Shown here in pieces: positions 1 through 6,009 of a DNA stretch of 15,324 bases. Every line of letters starts with the position of its first letter. The stretch's first letter is position 1. Below the pieces are notes generated by a model. It ran no database searches, had not been told where the DNA came from, and saw only the letters and a program-made list of their open reading frames with translations. A program made the translations under genes and the position numbers. The stretch is from Calditrichaceae bacterium (GTDB lineage: Bacteria; Calditrichota; Calditrichia; Calditrichales; JBFXGD01): assembly GCA_050173015.1 (NCBI GenBank), contig JBFXLE010000044.1, positions 1 through 15,324 of the forward strand, read 5' to 3'.

Positions 1-18
1 GCTTGATATAAATCCCAT
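1..18 (-). CDS. Possible 5' end of a divergent gene running off the left edge (MGFISS...)
   Basis: Minus strand reads AAGGA-ttttt-ATG GGA TTT ATA TCA AGC: an SD-like AAGGA (plus 24-28) 5 nt before an ATG at 18, open to the window edge. Only 6 codons are visible. Confidence 0.3.
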
Positions 19-124
19 AAAAATCCTTAAAAGTATGACTCAGTTTATGGCAATAAATTTACGTAATATGAACTATCCCCTCAACAATAATCTGCAACAG
101 CCTGATGCATAAGGGAGGGGAAGG

Positions 125-140
125 GCACGATTTATCGTGC
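125..140. repeat. REP-like short palindrome GCACGAT-tt-ATCGTGC
   Basis: Perfect 7-bp inverted repeat preceded by AAGG. It resembles the core of GTAG-family REP hairpins (GGGCACGAT..ATCGTGCCC type). Confidence 0.5.
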
Positions 141-178
141 GCGGGGTGGGTTAAGAGAAGAAAAAAGAAAAAAGAGTT

Positions 179-202
179 GGAAGTAAGAATTGAAGAGCGT
201 TA
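179..202 (+). repeat. Dispersed repeat module A (copy 1)
   Basis: GGAAGTAAGAATTGAAGAGCGTTA matches the reverse complement of 14917-14940 (GGAAGTGGGAATTTAAGAGCGTTA) at 21/24 positions. Confidence 0.7.
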
Positions 203-259
203 AGAGAAAAGAGTTAAGAGTAGGGGGAACCGGACATTTCACCACAGGCCGCCGTACAT

Positions 260-354
260 GTCAACCAGGAGGGATCTTCTGCTTACTTGGGAAGAGTAAA
301 AGTTAGAAGTAGGAAGTAAGAAGTTTAAGAAAAAAGATAAAAGAAAAAAGATAA
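260..354 (+). repeat. Dispersed repeat module B (copy 1): GTCA..GGATCTTCTGC head plus purine-rich heptamer tail
   Basis: 260-295 matches the reverse complement of 15107-15142 at 31/36, and 319-354 matches the reverse complement of 15053-15088 at 35/36. The tail is built of roughly 7-nt units (GTTAGAA, GTAGGAA, GTAAGAA, AAAAGAT, AAAAGAA). Confidence 0.9.
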
Positions 355-380
355 GAGTAATCACATAACGGGGGATAGTA

Positions 381-995
381 ATGTTTAAGAAAGTTCATTT
401 ATCTGTTTTAAGTTTCATTTTTTTTATCTCTATAGTGAGCGCGGTATGGTCACAGAACGCAAAACTAGACCACCCCGCGCCGGATTTTACCCTGGAAGAT
501 TCAAATGGAAATAAACACACCCTTTCGGATTATCTGGGAAAATATATTGTTCTGGAATGGGTGAATTATGACTGTCCATTTGTCAGAAAGCATTATGACA
601 GCGCGAATATGCAGAACTTACAGAAAAAATACACGGAAAAGGACGTTGTCTGGCTGTCGGTCTGCTCTTCAGCTCCGGGGAAGCAGGGATATTTTAAACC
701 GGAAAAAATAAACGCGCTTATAAAGGAGAAAGACGCCCGTCCTTCGGCATATCTTATTGATCTGACCGGCAGGGTAGGGAAAATGTACGGCGCGAAGACG
801 ACTCCGCATATGTATATCATTGATCCGCTGGGGATTCTTGTTTACGCGGGTGGTATAGACGATACTCCGACAACAAAAATTGCTGATATCAAAACAGCTG
901 ATAATTTTCTGGTTAAAAGTTTTGACGCCTTATTCGCGGATAAAAAAATAAAGGATAAGTCCACAACCCCCTATGGGTGTTCTGTTAAATATTAA
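381..995 (+). CDS. Exported thioredoxin-fold redoxin (AhpC/TSA, PRX_like1-type)
   Basis: 204 aa with a Sec signal peptide, APDFTL, LEWVNYDCPFV (CxxV), YGAKTTPHMYIID, YAGGIDD and C-terminal PYGCSVKY, all typical of this family. GGGGG SD-like sequence upstream. Confidence 0.9.
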   Translation: MFKKVHLSVLSFIFFISIVSAVWSQNAKLDHPAPDFTLEDSNGNKHTLSDYLGKYIVLEWVNYDCPFVRKHYDSANMQNLQKKYTEKDVVWLSVCSSAPGKQGYFKPEKINALIKEKDARPSAYLIDLTGRVGKMYGAKTTPHMYIIDPLGILVYAGGIDDTPTTKIADIKTADNFLVKSFDALFADKKIKDKSTTPYGCSVKY

Positions 996-1006
996 TCAAT
1001 TGTTTA

Positions 1007-1043
1007 CAAAAAGGCATTCCTGAATTTCGGGAATGCCTTTTTG
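1007..1043. terminator. Bidirectional rho-independent terminator
   Basis: CAAAAAGGCATTCCTGA-att-TCGGGAATGCCTTTTTG: a near-perfect inverted repeat with A and T tracts on both sides, between two convergent genes. Confidence 0.9.
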
Positions 1044-1058
1044 ATTTGAAGTCATATT

Positions 1059-2588
1059 TTAAAGATGAATATCCTGCAGCCGGTGGGCAGCTGTATTCCA
1101 TGATTGGGTTCGGTTTTTAATGCTTACGGGGGTATGTAATTCGTTAAGGATGTCGTGAACATATACTTCTCTGCGCATGCCCACAAGGGTGCTGGTGATG
1201 CCCTCTGTGGAACGGAGCGCGTGAATCGCGGTGTGAGTGAGGCTGTCATCATTTTCGGTTTGCCAGTCTGCATCTATATCTTTGATCCGAGTTTTCAAAA
1301 TATTGTTCATCTCCGCCATATCCGAACGGTATTTTATAGTTAATCCTTCAAGGGCTTTGTTAAAATTCGCGATATAATTTTCTATCCAGTGTTTGATCTC
1401 ATCAGTCATGGGGTCAATGGTGGTCAGTAACTGCATCGCTTGATTGATCTGCTCAACAATAAACCGGAGTTGCGACTCCATCCATTGAAAATAAGGCCCC
1501 AGCTTTTGCCAGTTAAGCGCGAGATAAGGGCCCGTGGAAAGCAGCCCGGTTAATTTTTTCCGGGTAGTCTTTTCCATATCGAGTTTGGGCAAAATCTCTT
1601 TCATAAAATTGTTTTCTTCGTCGACGATTCTCTTTAATAATCCTTCTGTTACCTTCATAGACGGTTTTTCAACATGATATAACTCCACCAGACGGAAAAG
1701 TTTGTTTGTAATAAACGCGTTTAGCGGTCGGTTGACCAGAACGGCTAAATCTTTATCCGCGGCAAACTGAAGGACACTTTTATTGTCAGATTGATTTGCG
1801 AGGGTGACGGCGGTGTTTTCAAAAAGATTTAACGGAAGCTGAATGACCCGGAAGTGGTGATCAAACGATATGGATTCCGCGATCTCCCATACCCGCTCCA
1901 GTGAAGTAAATTGCGGATCATCAGAATACAGCGGAAAGGTATTAGAACTGATTCCATAATATTGAATCCGGCCATATTCGACTTCCTTCTCCAGATACAT
2001 AAAGGCGTTTTTGATGCGCCGATCATATTCTTCCCTGGCTTTCGCCATAGAAATGCCGCTCCGGACGGCCCAGCCAAGATAATATTCGGGATTGTGCAGA
2101 AGATAGATATCCACAGTTTCAAGCTGAAGACGATCAAGGCTTTTTGTTAATTGCTCCCTGATAAAATCAGGATGAATACAGTGTTCAATTCCTTCGCCAT
2201 ATTCAACAAGCTCACGGATGGGCTTATTCTGTGTTTTAAGCTGCTGACTTATATGATAATTCTGACCCTGCAGATAACCGACTTTGGAGACGACTATTAC
2301 CGATTCACGATCTATCCGCCCATCCGTGGTCAGATTTTGTAACACTGCTCCAACCAGTTTTTCGGATCCTCCGTCCGCGTAATTTGTGCTGGTATCGATC
2401 AAATTGATCCCGTTGAGCAGGGCCTCGGTGAGCGCCAGATGGTGGGCGTCAATGGATACATCCACCCGGTAGGTTCCAAAACCGGCCTGACTGACCATCA
2501 GATTTGTTGAACCGATTTGATTGTACTGTAATTCAGAGTGTGAGAGGGCGTACTGCCGGGTCATCTCAGGGGTTGCATATCCTTTCAA
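1059..2588 (-). CDS. Aldo/keto reductase family oxidoreductase (long form)
   Basis: 509 aa with GFGTYR, GINLIDTSTNYADGGSEKLVG (catalytic D/Y), VSKVG (K), SLDRLQLETVDIYLLHNPE (H), GRIQYYGISSN, IQLPLN, NRPL and LVGMR. TTG start with a GGGAG SD. Confidence 0.92.
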   Translation of the reverse strand: MKGYATPEMTRQYALSHSELQYNQIGSTNLMVSQAGFGTYRVDVSIDAHHLALTEALLNGINLIDTSTNYADGGSEKLVGAVLQNLTTDGRIDRESVIVVSKVGYLQGQNYHISQQLKTQNKPIRELVEYGEGIEHCIHPDFIREQLTKSLDRLQLETVDIYLLHNPEYYLGWAVRSGISMAKAREEYDRRIKNAFMYLEKEVEYGRIQYYGISSNTFPLYSDDPQFTSLERVWEIAESISFDHHFRVIQLPLNLFENTAVTLANQSDNKSVLQFAADKDLAVLVNRPLNAFITNKLFRLVELYHVEKPSMKVTEGLLKRIVDEENNFMKEILPKLDMEKTTRKKLTGLLSTGPYLALNWQKLGPYFQWMESQLRFIVEQINQAMQLLTTIDPMTDEIKHWIENYIANFNKALEGLTIKYRSDMAEMNNILKTRIKDIDADWQTENDDSLTHTAIHALRSTEGITSTLVGMRREVYVHDILNELHTPVSIKNRTQSWNTAAHRLQDIHL

Positions 2589-2761
2589 TTTAATCTCTCC
2601 CGATTTTAATTGATCGATTTCTTACATATCCTTTAGAAATAACGCTTCCCTGAATGATAAAAGCACGCTTGCTCATTCGTCTGAAATAGCTTTTGAATAT
2701 TGGAAAGGCAGGAGAACCGCAAAGACCATTCATGCTGATAATACCGTTCAATTTATGGTTG

Positions 2762-2791
2762 ATTATAAAAAAAACAGTTGATTAATTGCAC
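2762..2791 (-). promoter_or_regulatory. Putative sigma70 promoter for the aldo/keto reductase
   Basis: Minus strand reads GTGCAA-N18-TATAAT (perfect -10 at plus 2762-2767) in AT-rich intergenic DNA. Confidence 0.35.
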
Positions 2792-2982
2792 AATTTATTA
2801 AAAAAAAGAAGAAAATTGATCAAATGTTTAAAATATATCGGTCATTGGGCGCTTTTTGTTTAGGCGGCATAGAATACTTACGGGCCCTAATATTTTAAAT
2901 AATACGGTTTTACCCAAAAATCTAATATGAAACCGGAGCAGCCATCAGATGAAAGCGCCCCGGTTTATACCCACACCCGGCA

Positions 2983-3459
2983 TCAGGCGGATTTTAGAAA
3001 GGCTTCTTTATGCCAGCTTTCCGAGAATGGCCGTTCAAACAATCCTGAGCGTAATTCTTTCAAAAGCGTCAGGGAAAGATTGAAAACAATGGTGTCCGGC
3101 TTGATTAAATCCCGGTTTACCAGACTCTGAAATGTCTGCCTGTTGACCGATCTGATTTCTGAAATTTTATAAAAAATGAGATTCTGATCCATCGCGTCGA
3201 TTCCATGATGCAGCTTTAAGTTCTTTAAAATTCTCGTACTGCTGTCAATGGAACATCCTGAGACGGTATCTTCAGCCGCGAGCATCACAAACCGGTCGTA
3301 TAAAATCTCAAAGTCGCCCTTTACCGGTTCTCCGTGCGCGTTCCAGGATTTCATAAACTCATCAAAAACTGCCTGGACAATGCCTTTTTCTGAAGAAGAC
3401 AATTGATTTGAAAATCCGTAAATCCATAACCGCGCCTTATCTGATAATGTATCAAACAT
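2983..3459 (-). CDS. Conserved hypothetical protein with SGCSID motif (family often mis-annotated 'ABC transporter ATPase' in Bacteroidota)
   Basis: 158 aa with SDKARLWIY, W.AHG.P, SGCSIDS, T.VFN and SWH motifs recognised from this FCB-group family. No Walker A motif. Starts 33 nt downstream of the bacilliredoxin stop on the same strand. Confidence 0.8.
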   Translation of the reverse strand: MFDTLSDKARLWIYGFSNQLSSSEKGIVQAVFDEFMKSWNAHGEPVKGDFEILYDRFVMLAAEDTVSGCSIDSSTRILKNLKLHHGIDAMDQNLIFYKISEIRSVNRQTFQSLVNRDLIKPDTIVFNLSLTLLKELRSGLFERPFSESWHKEAFLKSA

Positions 3460-3492
3460 ATATTGTCCCGCTTTTTCTGTTACTCAACTGAT

Positions 3493-3927
3493 TTATCCGC
3501 AATGTGTATTGAAAAGACTTTTGAGTTCATCGGCGATATCCTCTGGCATGCGTCCCTCTATCTGCTGACGCGGGATCATATGCAGAAGCCGGCCGTTTTC
3601 AAACAAGGCGATGGAAGGGGAAGACGGCGGATACCCCAGGATATATGTCCGGGCCTTCGCGACGGCGTCATGATCAACCCCGGCAAAAACGGTTGTGATT
3701 TTATCAGGGAGGATTTCGTTATTTAGCGACAGTTTTACCGCGGGTCTGGCGTTACCTGCGGCACAGCCGCAGACAGAGTTGATGATCATCAGCATGGTTC
3801 CCTTTTCCAGCGTCATCATATGCTCAACTTCTTCGGGGGTCTTTAATTCCTTTACACCGGCGGAAGTAAGTTCTTCGCGCATCGGTCTGACCAGTTCTTC
3901 CGGATAACCCGGTCTCATTGTAAGCAT
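3493..3927 (-). CDS. BrxA/BrxB family bacilliredoxin (YphP/YqiW, DUF1094)
   Basis: 144 aa with YPEELVRPMREELT, INSVCGCAAGNARP (CGC active site), TVFAGVD, PPSSPSIALF and R.QIEGR. AAGGAG SD 6 nt before the ATG. BrxA versus BrxB cannot be resolved. Confidence 0.95.
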   Translation of the reverse strand: MLTMRPGYPEELVRPMREELTSAGVKELKTPEEVEHMMTLEKGTMLMIINSVCGCAAGNARPAVKLSLNNEILPDKITTVFAGVDHDAVAKARTYILGYPPSSPSIALFENGRLLHMIPRQQIEGRMPEDIADELKSLFNTHCG

Positions 3928-4222
3928 TTAAAGCTCCTTCTTATCTATAAAAGTTTATATATTTTGGTGATTTGATTTACTTAACGCAGAAAGCGGATTT
4001 ATTCATTCCCTCCACGATAAACTAAATTGTTGCCGCTCCCGTGGTGAAATATCCGGCAGAGGATGACGCTCCGGGCATCTTGTCCAAATCCCCGGAAAAC
4101 TCATTTTGGATTAATTACGGCGATGATGAATTAAATAACATATTAGTTGCGTTAGCACCTTTCTTTCAGAAGTTTATACAGGCTAAAATTAATTCAATCA
4201 TTTGTGCAGAGAGGAAAATGGA

Positions 4223-4684
4223 ATGATGCAGGATATTTTATTTTATTCACATTATGCGATTGCGGTATTAATCGCGGTTTATGCAATCACTGCGTTCATA
4301 ATGGACGCCCGGCTGGCGAAAACAGGGATTGATTCACCCGGTTATCTCAAATTAAATCAGTCGTTTTTCCGGATCCACCGGATCACCTTATATCTGGGGG
4401 TGATCACCTTCCTGATCGGCGGGAAGATGGGAACGCTGTTTTTTATGAGCGGTTCGGTCTGGATTTATCTAAAGCTATTTCTGTTTATCGTTTATTTTGG
4501 GTTGATGAGCGCGCTGGGTACAAAAGCGTTTAAATTAAGGAAGCAAGCAGCGGAAAATCCTGAACAGATGATGGGTAATTTGCATATCGCCGCAAAAAAA
4601 ATGAAAATTTTTAAATATTCTCAGGCAATTATCGTTGTTTTACTTTATCTTATTGCCTATATCAAACCGTTTGGATATGTATAA
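4223..4684 (+). CDS. Four-helix integral membrane protein (DUF2269/SirB2/CopD-like superfamily)
   Basis: Four hydrophobic segments, a WIYLKL motif and a C-terminal KPF. Start reassigned from TTG 4202 to ATG 4223 (or 4226) because GAGG lies at 4211-4214. The family assignment is tentative. Confidence 0.65.
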   Translation: MMQDILFYSHYAIAVLIAVYAITAFIMDARLAKTGIDSPGYLKLNQSFFRIHRITLYLGVITFLIGGKMGTLFFMSGSVWIYLKLFLFIVYFGLMSALGTKAFKLRKQAAENPEQMMGNLHIAAKKMKIFKYSQAIIVVLLYLIAYIKPFGYV

Positions 4685-4713
4685 TGAAAGAACGCTGAAT
4701 CCGGGAGTAAAGA

Positions 4714-6009
4714 GTGTGGTCAAAGAAATTGAATAGACGAATCCGGTGGATTTTGGCACTGATCTTCCTGCTGAATATTAACATTTTCGCTTCGGTTCCC
4801 TGGGAAGACGGACGAAGCCGGGGGGCTGACCTGGAAATCATGCTGGTCACTTTTGGCCAGGGTGATGAAGTCAATAACTGGTGGGGCCACACGACAATGG
4901 TCGTAACGGATTCAGTCCTGAAAATTTCGAAAATCTACAATTTTGGTTTGTTCTCATTCGATGACGATATGCTGGCGAAATTTGCCATGGGAAGACTGAT
5001 TTTCTGGGCGGGGGATGCCGGGGTTGGACAAACCCTGCTGCGATACCGTAATGAAAACAGGGAGATTAGAATTCAGGTTCTGGATTTATCTCCGGCCAAA
5101 AAACTGGAGATGGCGCAAACTCTGGCCTGGAATGTCCGGCCTGAGAACAGGGAATATCTCTACGATCATTATTATGATAACTGCTCCACACGTCTGCGGG
5201 ATATTATCGATAAAGCGGTGGACGGACAATTTGCCGCGGCGACTAAAACACCGTCGGATATGACACTCAGGGATCATACCCGGCGGTACTCCTCTCATGT
5301 GCCGCCGATGGAAATTTTGCTGATGTTCCTCATGAATAACAGCATTGATCAACCGATAGAAAAATGGGACGATATGTTCCTTCCGGACAAACTGGAGCAG
5401 TACGCGGGAGAGCTGGAGTATACAGATGAGTCGGGTCAAAAACGGAAGCTGGTCTCCGATCAATTTGTTTATTTTAAGGCGGATCGCGGAGCCGTTCCCC
5501 ATAAGGTACCGGTCCATTGGCCGGGGGCTTTATTGACGGGAATCATGCTGGCGGGTATCGCCCTGATACATACTAAATGGCTTTCGTCGGGAGGAAAAGG
5601 CGCGCGAATCAGTTTTGGAGTTTATAACAGTCTGATCGGTCTGTTCATCGGGCTGCCGGGGCTGGCTTTATTTCTGATGTCCTTTTTTACGGATCATGTG
5701 GTGACTCATAACAATGAAAATATTTTGATCTCCAATCCGCTGACTTTTAGTCTCTTCATCATAGGAATACTCCTGGCGGCAGGGAAGCAGAACATGTACA
5801 AATGGCTTACTGTCATATGGTATATTTTGGCAGCGGGCAGTGTCGCCGCCGTCCTGCTTAAAATTTTTCCGTTATTCGATCAGAATAACTGGCTCGAAAT
5901 GGCATTGATTCTGCCGGTTAATTTCGGCTTTGCGCTTACGATGATGCTGAGCGGGAGAATCGCGGAAAAAAAGATGTCCGGTTTAGAAATCAGGCCGGTA
6001 AAAGGTTAA
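4714..6009 (+). CDS. lnb: DUF4105 / Lnb-type lipoprotein N-acyltransferase
   Basis: 431 aa with an N-terminal signal/TM, LVTFGQG...WWGHT, IYNFGLFSF, Y.YDHYYDNCSTRLRD and MFLP (His and Cys of the permuted NlpC/P60-like domain), followed by about 5 C-terminal TM helices. GTG start with a GGGAG SD. Confidence 0.85.
   Translation: MWSKKLNRRIRWILALIFLLNINIFASVPWEDGRSRGADLEIMLVTFGQGDEVNNWWGHTTMVVTDSVLKISKIYNFGLFSFDDDMLAKFAMGRLIFWAGDAGVGQTLLRYRNENREIRIQVLDLSPAKKLEMAQTLAWNVRPENREYLYDHYYDNCSTRLRDIIDKAVDGQFAAATKTPSDMTLRDHTRRYSSHVPPMEILLMFLMNNSIDQPIEKWDDMFLPDKLEQYAGELEYTDESGQKRKLVSDQFVYFKADRGAVPHKVPVHWPGALLTGIMLAGIALIHTKWLSSGGKGARISFGVYNSLIGLFIGLPGLALFLMSFFTDHVVTHNNENILISNPLTFSLFIIGILLAAGKQNMYKWLTVIWYILAAGSVAAVLLKIFPLFDQNNWLEMALILPVNFGFALTMMLSGRIAEKKMSGLEIRPVKG

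Noticed and set aside
151..360. Periodic repeats as a CRISPR array
   Set aside because: The units are degenerate ~7-mers without unique spacers or constant 23-47-nt repeats, and no cas genes are present.
381..3927. Selenocysteine recoding in the redox genes
   Set aside because: The active-site positions are ordinary Cys codons and the ORFs are full length, with no in-frame UGA at catalytic positions.
4041..4226. 61-aa ORF upstream of the 4-TM gene
   Set aside because: No SD or recognisable motif, and it lies in a divergent promoter region. Probably spurious.
4223..4684. HemJ (protoporphyrinogen oxidase) call for the 4-TM protein
   Set aside because: It shares W..KL and the terminal KPF but lacks the HemJ N-terminal H...W.AGLFYLPRLFVYH signature.
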